Below, piece after piece: positions 25,596-39,122 of a stretch of DNA of 64,000 bases. The position numbers and the translations under genes were made by a program. The number at the start of each line of letters is the position of its first letter. Positions within the stretch are counted from its first letter, which is position 1. Origin of the DNA: Mizuhopecten yessoensis. Its lineage: Eukaryota. The notes under the pieces are model-generated. The model made no database searches. It worked only from the letters and a program-made list of their open reading frames with translations, and had not been told where the DNA came from. The DNA lies in contig NW_018480043.1 in NCBI RefSeq assembly GCF_002113885.1, positions 200,955 through 264,954 of the forward strand, written 5' to 3'.

Positions 25596-26408
25596 ATCTT
25601 TTATGTTTTCGAAAGAAAATTCTACCTTATTTGTCCCTCTTTATCAACTCCCAGAACAATTACAGAAAGTGATCTTATGACAGAAAATGCCTGAATTCTC
25701 TACGTTCAATGGAAAATGATCAAGTGAAAAACAGTTCTATTAAAGTGGAACATTTCTTCGTGATTGTAACTTGACCTTTACCTTAACAAATGGTCCAACA
25801 CTTCATTAGGAGCTCTACTTCAGTGCTACTTGTAGGTTTGGTCCCAGACACCAGTACCAACTGTGTTTCTTCACATGTGTTGTAAGTCTATGTAGTTGAT
25901 CATTGTGTTTCTGTGTCAGTGTTTGAGGTGGTTCAACATCTCTCCGCAGACACTCCATATATACTATATACAAGGCTTATTTTGTTTCAATCTGATTAAA
26001 ATCTTTTATGTTTTCGAAAGAAAATTCTACCTTATTTGTCCCTCTTTATCAACTCCCAGAACAATTACAGAAAGTGATCTTATGACAGAAAATGCCTGAA
26101 TTCTCTACGTTCAATGGAAAATGATCAAGTGAAAAACAGTTCTATTAAAGTGGAACATTTCTTCGTGATTGTAACTTGACCTTTACCTTAACAAATGGTC
26201 CAACACTTCATTAGGAGCTCTACTTCAGTGCTACTTGTAGGTTTGGTCCCAGACACCAGTACCAACTGTGTTTCTTCACATGTGTTGTAAGTCTATGTAG
26301 TTGATCATTGTGTTTCTGTGTCAGTGTTTGAGGTGGTTCAACATCTCTCCGCAGACACTCCATATATACTATATACAAGGCTTATTTTGTTTCAATCTGA
26401 TTAAAATC
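25596..26408. repeat. 405-bp apparently identical tandem duplication
   Basis: 25596-26000 matches 26001-26405, with ATC microhomology at the junction. Confidence 0.9.
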
Positions 26409-26480
26409 ATCTGTTACATGGCTCCGCATGCGTAGTACGAAGTTAACGAAGCCATGTAACATATTATTTTAATCAGATTG
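26393..26480. mobile_element. 88-bp MITE with ~31-bp TIRs and a 9-bp TSD (Mutator-like)
   Basis: CAATCTGATTAAAATcATcTGTTACATGGCT...AGCCATGTAACAtATtATTTTAATCAGATTG, flanked by ATTTTGTTT at 26384-26392 and 26481-26489. Confidence 0.8.
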
Positions 26481-27294
26481 ATTTTGTTTCCCAATGTTTG
26501 TAGACCTGCAGTATGTTTTACAGATCTGCTATATATATACAATGTATAACAAATTCCTCACGAATTGACTAACAATGGAAAAAGTTGTCAACTCAAACTT
26601 GGTAAGACATTTAAAATTATAGCCACTAGCTGTACTCTAAAAGTGTGTGAATAACCATCTGCTGTTCATGGATTGTAGCTCTCTTGGTAACAATGTGAAC
26701 AGATCTGTGATACAGACCTTGGAACCGCTTGTGGAGAAATGCCTTAAAATTCAAAAAATATTTTTGTGTGCCTCTTGTCTTTAGATGAATAGTTTGAATA
26801 CATTTTTGAGACATTTTTTTTTCAGTACAATTTGGTATAATATTGTATAAGTTACAATGTAAATATGACAGATCTTCATCAGTAGCCTCAACATTACAGC
26901 ATACTACAAACGTTTCTTGTTGTCATTTCCATATAGTGTTGGTAATGTTAGTGCTGTTGATGAAATAAAGAGTTGACATGGGGTACACCCTAGTACATAT
27001 GTAAGTAATGATATGTCAGCAACCCCAACATTATTGGGAAATGTGTAATGCAATAAGACTTATAGAGACTCTTTGCACAATTATCACATTTACTGCATAA
27101 ATAAGTATACAAGGACATAATATATTGACTCCAGAAGGCCAAACTCTTCCATTCATACAAAAAGAAAATCCATGTCCAAAAGGAATACAGATGATAAAAA
27201 AAATATAGCACTTGCGAGTTGTTCAATCAAGTCCACTTTGGAAAAACAAATAATTGCACATTAACAGAATAGATCTTATTGCATTACACATCTG

Positions 27295-28075
27295 GTCACC
27301 TTAAGTAACCATGTCACTGAACAGCCATGAGTCAACCTGTTGCTCAGCAGCCAAGAGACACCATATCACTTAGCATAAATGAGTCACCATGTCACTTACC
27401 AACCATGAATCGCCATTTCACTAAAGTAGTCACGAATCACTGTTGATGAGCAGACACAAGTCACTGTATTACTGAACAACCATGAGTCACCATAATGCTG
27501 TGCTGCCACCAGTTGCCTTTTCATTGAGCAGCTATGAGTCAATGTCACAGAGCAGCCATGATCGAGACAGTCACTGAGCAGCCACGAGTCACCCTGTTGC
27601 TTAGCAGCAATATGACACCATCACAAGTCGCCTTGTCTTCGTGCAATTATAAGATAAAGCCACTGAGCAGCCATGGACCAGAAACTGAACATCAGATACT
27701 ACCACTGAGCAACCATGAGACACTGTCACTGAGTAGCCCTGAGTCACCATGTCATTGAGCGGCCACAAGTCACCATATCACTGAGCAGCCATGAACCACA
27801 GAAACTGAACATCAGATACTTCCACTGAGCAACCATGAGACACTGTCACTGAGTAGCCAAGTCACCAAGTCATTGAGCAGCCACAAGTCCCCATATCACT
27901 GAGCAGTTATGAGTAACCTTGTCATGAGCAGCCATGAGCCATCATGTTGCTAAGCAGATATAATGAGCTTGAGATGCTAGTCACTTAGCAATGAGTCATG
28001 AGTTATTGTGTTACTGAGCAACCATTTGACTCTGTCACTGAACAAAAATGACAAACATGTTATTGAGCAGATGGA
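27295..28075. repeat. Old degenerate minisatellite (~25-bp core GTCACTGAGCAGCCATGAGTCACCAT)
   Basis: The core motif recurs with many substitutions; there is a ~120-bp internal duplication at 27660-27900. Confidence 0.75.
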
Positions 28076-30106
28076 AATCAATGCTACATACATGTATATA
28101 AATCAAAGCTCTACAATGAAAGTTTGAAGACACATGTTTTATTACTGGAAATAGATATTTCTAATTAAATGCCACAACAGATTGAACGACTCCGATAGTA
28201 CAAACTTGTTGAACACTTCTTAAATATTTATGATATTATTAATATCTTAATATATTATATTGTAAGATTGCTACAAGAAGAGAGATAAAAGGTAATATCT
28301 AAACTGTGAGAAGATCAAGTTTTAAACCTGGTGGAGAATGCTGATGTTATCACTGGAACATTGTGAGCTTCGTGGTAATGATTAAACAACATCCAATACA
28401 TGCATCAAGTTATTTCCTGTTAAAATGAAATCATGAGCATCGACCAGCTTTGGTGGTCTTGTTAGTATATATAACATAAAAGAACCCGAGTGATAAATTG
28501 CACATGAATTTAAATGACTGGGGCCAGTTATAAGGTGTTCACTAATACTGGAATATTGTAAATGATTTTCAGTCGACAAAAATTAACAAATTATATTACA
28601 AGATGATACAACTCTTCAGCTCGGGTGTTTTTGAGTCACGTTCCTTGTCACAATAGTTCTTTGAATATCAATGACTTGACACATCACAATATAGATTTAT
28701 AATGACGTCATGACATTAAAACTGTTCAGTGTGTAAAGAATGGTTCTACCTTAATTGAGCTAGTTTCAGGTGATACTTGTTCAATCTTTAAAACAAAGTA
28801 GAAACCCAACATCCTGAAAATCTGACATAAAAGACATGTACATGTTCTATAATATGGTATGTGGTTCAATGTCTCAACAGACTGGTTTATCTGGCTTTAA
28901 CCCTACGAATACAGTATCCAACACAAACACCCGGCGCTAACTGATGTTGGATGTCCCTTTATTACAATTTCTAATCCTGAATATAATACATGTAGCTATA
29001 TAACATAAATATATACACTTTTTAAAGGTTTTAAATAAAAGACATTTCTTATAAAAATTTCAATACATTGATTTACATATAAGACTGCAAACAAACCTCT
29101 CATTCACAACATCTAACTGAAATTAAACAGGTTTTTTGCAATCTTAAACCACTCCAATCTGTACAAGGTCAAGGTAGCTTGGAAAGAAAGAAAATCATCT
29201 TTATAAATCGAAGCAAACATACTAACACAGACCTGAAGCATTAAGTTTATTAATACTATTGCACCGAAATACCCAAATAATTATCCTATACACGTTGAGA
29301 TCACATTGTTCATATTTGTCCCTTAACAATTGGCCATATAATGAAACCACAATGTCCTTATCTGTTTTATACCCTAATAATGCCAACATAACGTGACAAA
29401 GATATAAACCATAAAATTTTGTTGTCTCTGTAAGAGAACAAATTTGCTGGAATTTTATGTTGTAATGCTAAATGTCTAAAATAAGGCTGTACACAAAAAA
29501 TCAAATAGATTGCCCCCTCTTTCTCTTCAAGAAGTTGTCAACACATTTGACATACATGTATCAGTTTTTCTTTCCGGGGTGTATTTCAAATAGCTTGCTG
29601 AATAATTTCCAAAGCATAAATCAAACATTGTTTTTTTTAAGTTATCTTTCTTGCTGAAGCTCTTTTGTATCAGTTATCTCCCTTGTATAAATTAAAACTA
29701 GCTTCCCTGTATAACAAGTATATCTCCCCTGTATAAGTTATCTATCCTGCACAAATTGTGTGTCAATTTCTCCCCTTTACTTGTAAGTTGTATAGAGCAT
29801 GTGAATCACAGGAACTGGCCTTCTCTGTCAATACACCCATAATATAGGTGTTTAAATAGACGAGGCCAGTACCTGTGTGTGAATCACCCATTTATAAAGG
29901 AAGGCTAATTTCCCAGTATGATGTGAACTACGCCTGTATAACAGCAGTCCTTTTAGCCTTCATGATCACATGGAACAAACACAGTGTGGAATGATTTGAC
30001 ATACAGTTGATGCTTTGCATGCTGTTTCTCTACCAAATAGCAACGAGCGTAATAAACATGATCCTGCTTTGCAGAAATGTACAAAGTTTCTAAAAAAAAT
30101 TCCTAT

Positions 30107-30197
30107 TTAACTCTTTCACCACTGTAGACCATGATGGACTTATCCAGATTAATGCATGGGAGGGTCTACTAAAGTTGCATAGGGGTGAAAGGGTTAA
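30107..30197. mobile_element. 83-bp piggyBac-type MITE with TTAA TSD (copy 2)
   Basis: TTAA|CTCTTTCACCACTGTAGAC...GGTGAAAGGG|TTAA. Confidence 0.85.
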
Positions 30198-30768
30198 AGT
30201 GGCATTTGGGAAAATCTATTATAATAGAGGTTGATACACTTTACCAACCCAACAACATTGACTTTCACACAGAACTCAGAACTGTAACCAACTTTTATTC
30301 CTGGTTTATAAATCTTTCAGTTAATGGGTTGTATCACACACAAACAACAAAGCATGGAACATTGGTGGAACAGCCATTTCCTTACAGACACATCACTATG
30401 AACTGGACAGTAATTTCCTTTTTCTCCAACTTGACAAATTTATTATTATTATTTGACAATCTATTTTCTATTTGGACAAATCTGGTGCCAGCATCCTGAC
30501 TGTATATCCTGGATCAGATCTGAAAGAAAGAGTGAGGAAATTTACGACAAGTTTACATTATGACAGAAAACCAATGAACAGATCTGGGCGAGAGGTTTAA
30601 CCTACAGCTACATTAAGACTGAACACCATGGACTTTTAATAACTGAAAACACAGTTAATAACTTCATTTTACGACTGTGGTTTCAGTGATTCTCAAGGCC
30701 AATACTGATGATTTTCAGATATTTCATAGGATGTATCATTTTATGTATCATTTGATTATATTTTGCTA

Positions 30769-33700
30769 TTATTGTTTAGTTACCTTCATCATTTTCATTT
30801 TTGGTTGTTTCCTCTTCATTTCTCTTCTGCTTTCTCGCTCCTTAAAAACACAAGTATCGGAATCAGTCATTTCAGTAAATAACAGTGCTAAGAGTATCTG
30901 CATTTACAGCAAACATCAATGATAACAATCACAGATATAAATCACAAATTAGTTTAAGAGAGTAGGTCCTACAATGTCTGCACCTGCGTGGGGCAATACC
31001 TCAATTATGGTTAATAATGGTTGTTGGCAAACTAAAATGGTCGTTATCAAACTTATCCAAGCTTTTATGAATTAACCTTTTTGTGAATTTTAAAGTTTAT
31101 CTGTTGAAAATCACTCAAGATATCAAGCGAACTCTGTTTTTGCAAGTGAAAATACAATGTACAATAATATTGATCATCAAACTAGTCTGAACTTTCATGA
31201 CAATTAACCTTCATATGAAGTTTCAAGATAATCTGTTGAAAATAACTTAATATCATGCAGACACTGAGTGTCTCCTCACTTGATAACAATATGTCCCATC
31301 TTTAGAAGGGTGTATAAAAAGAAATCTAACCACAAAATTATAGCACAGATCCTATTAAATTTAGCAAATATTTTGAATATTATTTGAATACAGGAAATGT
31401 GTATTCCTTTGAAGGTAAAAAGTTCATCCAGGTGTCAACAAACGCTCATTATCTTAGGTAACCTTGATTTTAAGGACCCAGATAAAGGCTGAAAACATCC
31501 GAGATCTACCCCCTACTTGACCTAAAACTTTAGCCATGTTGGTAATGGCCACATACACTGACTCTGACCTACATCCATACAAGGTTGACCTACCTCCCAT
31601 TTCCTATACACTAACCCTGACCCTGACCTACATCCATACAAGGTTGAACTACCTCCCACTTCCTATACACTAACCCTGACCTACATCCATACAAGGCTGA
31701 CCTACCTCCCACTTCTTATACACTAACCCTGACCCTGACCTACATCCATACAAAGTTGACCTACCTCCCACTTCCTATAATCTAACCCTGACCCTGACCT
31801 ACATCCATACAAGGTTGACCTACCTCCCACTTCCTATTCACTAACCCTGACCCTGACCTACATCTATACAAGGTTGACCTACCTCCCACTTCCTATACAC
31901 TAACCCTGACCCTGACCTACATCCATACAAAGTTGACCTACCTCCCACTTCCTATACACTAACCCTGACCTACATCCATACAAGGTTGACCTACCTCCCA
32001 ATTCCTATAATCTAACCCTGACCCTGACCTACACCCATACAAGGCTGACCTACCTCCCAATTCCTATAATCTAACCCTGACCTACATCCATACAAGGTTG
32101 ACCTACCTCCCACTTCCTATAAGCTAACCCTGACCTACATCCATACAAGGCTGACCTACCTCCCACTTCCTATACACTAAACCTGACCTACATCCATACA
32201 AGGTTGATCTACCTCCCACTTCCTATACACTAACCCTGACCTTGACCTACATCCATACAAGGTTGACCTACCTCCCATTTCCTATACACTAACCCTGACC
32301 CTGACCTACATCCATACAAGGTTGACCTACCTCCCACTTCCTATACACTAACCCTGACCTACATCCATACAAGGCTGACATACCTCCCACTTCCTATACA
32401 CTAACACTAACCATGACCTACATCCATACATGGTTGACCTATCTCCCATTTCCTATACACTAACCCTGACCTACATCCATACAAGGTTGACCTACCTCCC
32501 ACTTCCTATACACTAACCCTGACCCTGATCCATACACGGTTGACCTACCTCCCACTTCCTAGTTTTATCAGGATCCTCCTCATTCATGATGCGTTCCTTC
32601 TCATTGCGACGTTTCTCTTCACGACGAAGCTGTGCTGCCTCTTGAAGCTGAGAATGAGCGGCTTTCAGGAATTGTTCTTCTGCTTTCTTCCTGTTCTTTT
32701 CTGATTTATTTCTTGCCTGAAGGATAAACTTGTTGTAAGAAATCTCTATATCAATGTATCTATGTGGACAAAGTCCAGTAAAGGCAATGGTCGATTACAG
32801 GACTCTGGTTTTTCTTTACATGACCTATTGGTTTCTTTAACCCTTTCACCACTGTAGACCATTATGGACTTGTCCATATCAATGCAAGGTAGAGCCTACT
32901 TTAGTTACATAGGGGTGAAAGGGTTAAGGCAGTTATAATGTGTGACAGCAATGCCAATAGAATTAAAAACATTCCTCTAGCCAAATCAATTACAACTGCC
33001 TAGATGGTTCACTACTTGAAAAATACTATTCCTCCATGGAAAGACCTCATCCTCGAGTCTTCTTCGTGCAAGCATGCTTGTAAGTGCAAAGCTAAGAAGA
33101 TTATGGATAATGTCTTGGTCCCTACATGGGCACTAATGTAACCCAGAGATGTAGTCAAGGATCCCTCCAAATATAATGAACTGGTCAAAATTATACTGAG
33201 GCTGAGGAGAGCTCCTACAGGGGGCCTTATAGCCTCCTAAAATTCAACTGATGACAAAGATTAAACAATAAATGCAATGCTTGTTTGTTCCAGAAAAGTA
33301 AGATAAATTCAATATTTTTGCAATAAGTTCCTCAACTATGTCCTTTTCTACATAAAACTTGTGTAATATTTGACAGTAACAGCATCTTGTCAGAGATAAT
33401 GTGACATTGCTATGATCTGCTTACCTCCTTGCCAAGCTGAAGGCGACTGACTTTCTCCAGGCAGTAGAAGACTAGCTGTAACAAGGGTTTCATCTGCTCC
33501 ATGTCTGTAGGCTTGCTCTTACCTTTACCAGGTACTGAAATGTAAAAACCAGAATATCACAATCCTGACAATTTCCTCTGTCCTCGTAGGTCTTGAAGTA
33601 ATTGAAGTGATATATGAATCATAACAATATTATAACAGGCCTAAGACTATAAACACCCTCCTCAAATTTCCTGTTATCACTTATTCCTGCTGTAGATTAA

Positions 33701-36700
33701 ATTTGACAGTAAAGGTTAAGTGCACTAGATCTACCCAGCATTCATTGGTTTGGGATCTTTGCCGGGTATCTATTACCCAACCTTTTTCTCTGTAGAAATT
33801 TCCAAATAAGATGTTACTTTAACAAAGAAGAAAATTTGATGCAGAGAATCGAACCCAACATTACATTTTCTGTAAAAATAAACGAAGTTTAATACAAGAA
33901 TTATGGAGAGGTGTCTTCAGTGCCAAAATGGAACAGTGAACTTTCCGGAAAACTTACCATTAAAACAAAATATCATTACAGGTTTAACCTCAGGCATTTT
34001 TGTGGCTTGGGACTCACTGTGGAAAAAACAAAACGTACTGTCAAACAAATGTATTCCATGTATTAAGGTGATACTGTTAACCGAAGTGTAAATATCAAAC
34101 TTTAGAGGAGTCATTAAAGCCAACTGGCGACAGAAATACAAAAACTCTGATCGGGCCCTCAAATATATACACTTACTCTTGTGATTTAACCCCCATAGAA
34201 CTGGCGACAGAAATATAAAAACTCTAATCGAGCCCTCAAATATATACACTTACTCTTGTGATTTAACCCCCATAGAGCTGGTGACAGAAATATACGAAAT
34301 AAACCAAGCTCTCAAATATATACACTTACTCTTGTGATTTAACCCCCATAGAACTTGCGACAGAAATATATGAAATACACCAAGCTCTCAAATATAAACA
34401 CTTACTCTTGTGATTTAACCCCCATAGAACTGGCGACAGAAATATATGAAATACACCAAGCCCTCAAATATATACACTTACTCTTGTGACCTTACCCCCA
34501 TAGAACTGGCGACAGATATATATGAAATACACCAAGCCCTCAAATATATACACTTACTCTTGTGATTTAACGCCCATAGAACTGGCGACAGAAATATAAA
34601 AACTCTAATCAAGCCCTCAAATATATACCCTTACTCTTGTGATTTTACCCCCATAGAACTGGCGACAGAAATATAAAAACTCTGATCAAGCCCTCAAATA
34701 TATACCCTTACTCTTGTGATTTAATCCCCATAGAACTGGCAACAGAAATATCTGAAATACACCAAGCCCTCAAATATATACACTTACTCTTGTGATTTAA
34801 CCCCCATAGAACTGAGGACAGAAATATGAAAACTCCAATTGGGCCCTCATATTTATACACTAACTTTTGTGACTTAACACCCATAGAACTGGCGACAGAA
34901 ATATATAAAATACACCAAGTCCTCAAATATATACCCTTACTCTTGTGATTTAACCCCCATAGAACTGGCGACAGGAAAATAAAAACTCTGATCGGGCCCT
35001 CAAATATATACACTTACTCTTGTGATATAACTAACCCCCATAGAGCTGGTGACAGAAATATAGGAAATACACCAAGCCCTCAAATATATACACTTACTCT
35101 TGCGACTTCGCTCCACAAAACTGGTCTGAGAAATGCATAAACTCCACCTGGCCCTCAAACTTGGTCAGCACTTGGCAAACCTGTCGACAAAACTCACAAA
35201 CTTTCAAAGACATCAAAAGTTATAAAAAAGGGCATTTGAAACAAGAAATATGGAATAACCTACCAATCAACAATAAAAGATTCCGTCGCTCATATACCAT
35301 GTTACATAAACTCAGCTCTTTTTCTTAATTATGTTTCTTGCTTATCAAGACATTATGTAGTATATTCGTATGAGACACATTGCTTAATTACTCATTTCAT
35401 TTAATAAGAAATCTCATGAAGGAAAATCTACTGTCAAGGTTTGGATACAAACTATTTTTATTTTCTCTTCAAACTAGACTAAGGAAATTAGTGAACAAGG
35501 GAGACTAAAAGGAGGAATGTCATACAATTTCATCAATGCCCAGAGCAAAATTATATAGACACTGTAGCAAATGGTAGTGGCAGATGGCAATTCTATTGGA
35601 ATATCGTTACGATTATCAGTTTTTTTCTGCTTATGGAGAGTGATTTATTGATTCTCTGAAGCTTTCAGAGATAGGTCTACTAATGATCACTTACCTTTTT
35701 ATCTAAAAGAGCATTAGATGCCTCTCCCACCTCACTCAGTAATTGGTATGAGCTTGGCATGTCAGAATATTTATCTAAATTCTTCTTTTCTGTAAACTGA
35801 CTCTGTCAAATAAAAACAGCACTTACAGATCACTTTGTGTCTCTTTATGTAACAGAAATCAACCACACATTTTATTTATTTACTTTGTGATAAACTTACC
35901 ATCCTTTGATTATTTTGTAATTTATATATACAGTCATTAAATTTCATCTCTGGTTCATTTTCTTTGTTAAAATATCAACAAAGAATAAACTCAACACAGC
36001 CATGCTTACCAAATCTATCATTTCCTTGTGTAGCTTGGCACAGCTCCTCTTCATAGCAATGGCGAAAACAAACTTGTCCATCACGTTCTTGTCTAGGTCT
36101 ATCGTCACCAACTACAGGTAATACAAAATAGCCGAATTATGAGTGGGGTCTTTATTGCTAAAATTTGGCATTTCGAGGGACACAACCTGAAAGTACTGAT
36201 CTGGGAACAATTTCAAATAGAAAAGTATTTTACATTTAAACTCTGTAGAAACCTGTAATTTTTGTTCGAAATGCTCTCCCTTTCCTTAGAAGTTAAAAAA
36301 GCAATTTTTCAAAAGAATGTTTTTCTAGTTATCAAAAATGATAAAGTAATACATGTACTTCAAACATAGACTATCATACTGTCTGTATTTTCGTGTTAGT
36401 TTGAACACAGCTTATAGATAATGTTTGTTGTTTTTACATTATATTGAATTGAATACTTTCTTGATGATTGAAAGAAATTCTGAACTCCCTCGAAATATGA
36501 TCTACTTATTTGACACCAGTTGCTACATACTATTTGATCTGAGGCAGGTTTAAACATGTTCGTCATGGTGCTGATGAGATCCTGTCTTTTCAGGAGTCTA
36601 AGTTCCACCAGCATACCCTCCAGAGCAGACCGTCCACTGCACCACAGCGCATACACATTCTCCGACTCCTTCATCAGGGTGCCAGCTTGTGCCTCCTTTG

Positions 36701-39122
36701 TGGATCCATCATCACCTGATGTACATCACATTATATAGCAGACATAATGAATGTCACATAACACAGCAGACCTGATTATAAAATGGTTGTTTTATAATAT
36801 AACAGTAACACAATTTAGTAAACCCTGGCATATAAGTTCACAAGCTTCTATAGCATTATCCATTATTAGGGTTTAATTCCAACAATTAGGATGCAGTAAA
36901 CTGTTTGACAAATTCAGACAATGGCCTCAATTACCCCCCCCCCCCCCCCCCCCCCCCCCCAATTTCTGGAAGTGTCTCTGTCCTGCACTGTTTGACAAAC
37001 TCACCAACAATATGGAAGTTGCTCTCCAGCAGGTCACGGTTGGACTGGAGCCAGGCCTGGGCTAACTTGTGGTTCTTGTTTTTACCGTGGATGAAGTTGA
37101 GGAAGTAAACAGCCAGACCAGCCAGCATCAGGATTTCCATGTAGAAACTGTCCCAGTTAGTACGTAGATGACCGGGAACCTGTTAAGGTCATGACCTCAT
37201 TATCAATAGCGGAACAAAATGTTGTAATAATACTTGCCTGTAGAAGCATTTTGTAATATTGATTTGTTTTAACATATATTTAAGTGCTGATATTTTTTTC
37301 GATGTTAAACTTCTCTATACTTAAAATTGAAACATCATTCAACAGGCGGTGAACAAGCTGTTATAGCTAGATCACGTATCTCCATATATCATTTTTTTAT
37401 TACAAACCTCTGTCATTTTCAAATTAGGAAGTTTGTCTTTAGATTTTCCTGAGCTGGGACTTTGACCCTTATCAAATCCAATGAACTCATCTTCATCTGT
37501 GAAGTGCTCAAACTCATCATCATCATCTTCATTCTGAATAATAAAAATGAATATGAAGAAAGACAAACCAAATTCTTGTTAAACGTTAACGTTGTACATG
37601 TAGTAATAATGGCTTTATTGGACACTGGAGATAGTTTTTCAGTCAAGGGAATGCTGACATTCTTAATTGAAAAAGTGTGAATTTCCTCATTTGTCTCTTT
37701 AAAATTACCAATGTTTAAATTTTTAAAAAAACACACATAAAAGCATGAATTTGAAGAAATTTCTTCACGTTCGACTGAGATCTCAAAATGCATCAGATGT
37801 AGTGTGTAGTATGCAAGTACCTTTTGGGATGGTTTTTGGCAATCTAGGATATAACACTGGTAGCCAAACCGCAACCAAGTACATGGTTTAATACCTGTTT
37901 CAGCCCCCGTTATGACAATTAATTCTTACTTATAAGTTAAACATTCTTACTTATAGATTTAGACATACAGCTAAAAGTCAAGGAGGCTAAAGATGATTAT
38001 TAGTTTACCTTCTAAACACAGTTTTATTCGTTTGTGTGGTAAATTTTGTTAGTTTAACAATCTGGTTATATAAGTACCTCTATAGTTGTCTCCTCATCGT
38101 CCTCTCCCTCAGCTCCTCCTTCCTTCTGTTGCTGAACTTCAACATCATCAGGAAACTCTGCCCTGTCCTCGTCCTCCAACACTTCAACTGTGGGGACAAC
38201 AAATAAAACTCCTGTTAGGCCAGTATCAATAACATAATTGTTTGATTAAACCCAACTCAGGATTTTAAGTTTCTTTTATCTATTTTAAAAAGTCACATTT
38301 TAACTGCTTGCAATAAATCCTTAAACCATTTCTTGGTTTGTTGCATGCTTTGAAAATGATATACCAGGTAGATAATATGTACATTGCCAGATATAGACAT
38401 TTTGGTAAAAGCAGATATATTTGAAAATAGTAGGCCTGAAGATGACCATTTGTCTTAAAGAAAGTCAGCCATGAAGAGCTATATTTTGTTCTGCTGCATT
38501 GTTGATGTTTGTTTCAGTCTGCATACATCTAAACAATTCTTATAAGACTGTACTATTAATATTTATTTTTTCCAACCAATATCTTTAGGATTAAATTATC
38601 AACTCTTGTATGACAATTTATTCTGAATATTAATTCAAATTTATCATAGGTTACCAGATTTGCAGACATTTTTTTCTACAATCAATGTTCAATCAAATTA
38701 TTTGAGCAGACTACTTTTTATTGAGTCAGCATATTTATGTAGGGGAACAGACACAAATAGGATTTTTATTAGGGCCTGATCATCATGACCACAGTTAGTA
38801 TAATATCCCTATACACTTAATTACACCCCAGTCAATTGTAATTTTCACATCCTCTATTAACAGAGCTACTAAAGATCAATTAGTTAGATATTTTGGTTTT
38901 CCCCCTAATGATTTATTACACTTGTTTAAACATGGGTTTTTTAACACCAAACTTTTCATGTTAGATATAAAGCTCACCACCATCTTCAAAATCTTCAAAT
39001 TCTGCGAAGTCGTTGTCCTCTATATCAGCATCATGTGGGTTCCCTGACTTTACCACGGTTATCCCTATCACAAGGATAAAAGTCAATACTAGACAGCAAG
39101 ATATGCTCTTCATGTTACTCAT
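30769..39122 (-). CDS. CCDC47: PAT complex subunit CCDC47 (calumin), ~480 aa
   Basis: Twelve coding exons with consistent phases: 39122-38978, 38187-38078, 37533-37408, 37179-37005, 36715-36531, 36111-36010, 35802-35695, 35180-35098, 34016-33958, 33534-33425, 32716-32549 and 30840-30769. Features include a signal peptide, [12 protein letters not shown], an acidic luminal tract, TM segment [38 protein letters not shown] and [20 protein letters not shown]. The last few residues are uncertain because aag|gtaact could be another donor. Confidence 0.93.
31555..32562 (-). repeat. 53/59-bp minisatellite (~18 copies) containing the end of CCDC47 exon 32716-32549 and its splice donor
   Basis: Minus-strand unit TAGGAAGTGGGAG|GTAGGTcaaccttgtatggatgtaggtcagggtcagggttagtgta. 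The exon ends ACT AGG AAG TGG GAG|gtaggt. Confidence 0.95.
32837..32927. mobile_element. 83-bp piggyBac-type MITE with TTAA TSD (copy 3)
   Basis: TTAA|CCCTTTCACCACTGTAGAC...GGTGAAAGGG|TTAA. Confidence 0.88.
34110..35160 (-). repeat. ~76-bp minisatellite (~13 copies) derived from most of CCDC47 exon 35180-35098 plus its donor
   Basis: Unit tttgagggcttggtgtatttcatatatttctgtcgccagttctatgggggttaaatcacaaga|gtaagtgtatata aligns colinearly with the exon tttgagggccaggtggagtttatgcatttctcagaccagttttgtggagcgaagtcgcaaga|gtaagtgtatata. Confidence 0.9.

Noticed and set aside
31555-32540. Telomere-like TAACCC/TGACCC hexamers
   Set aside because: Only 1-3 hexamers per unit, embedded in the splice-donor minisatellite; not an interstitial telomere tract.
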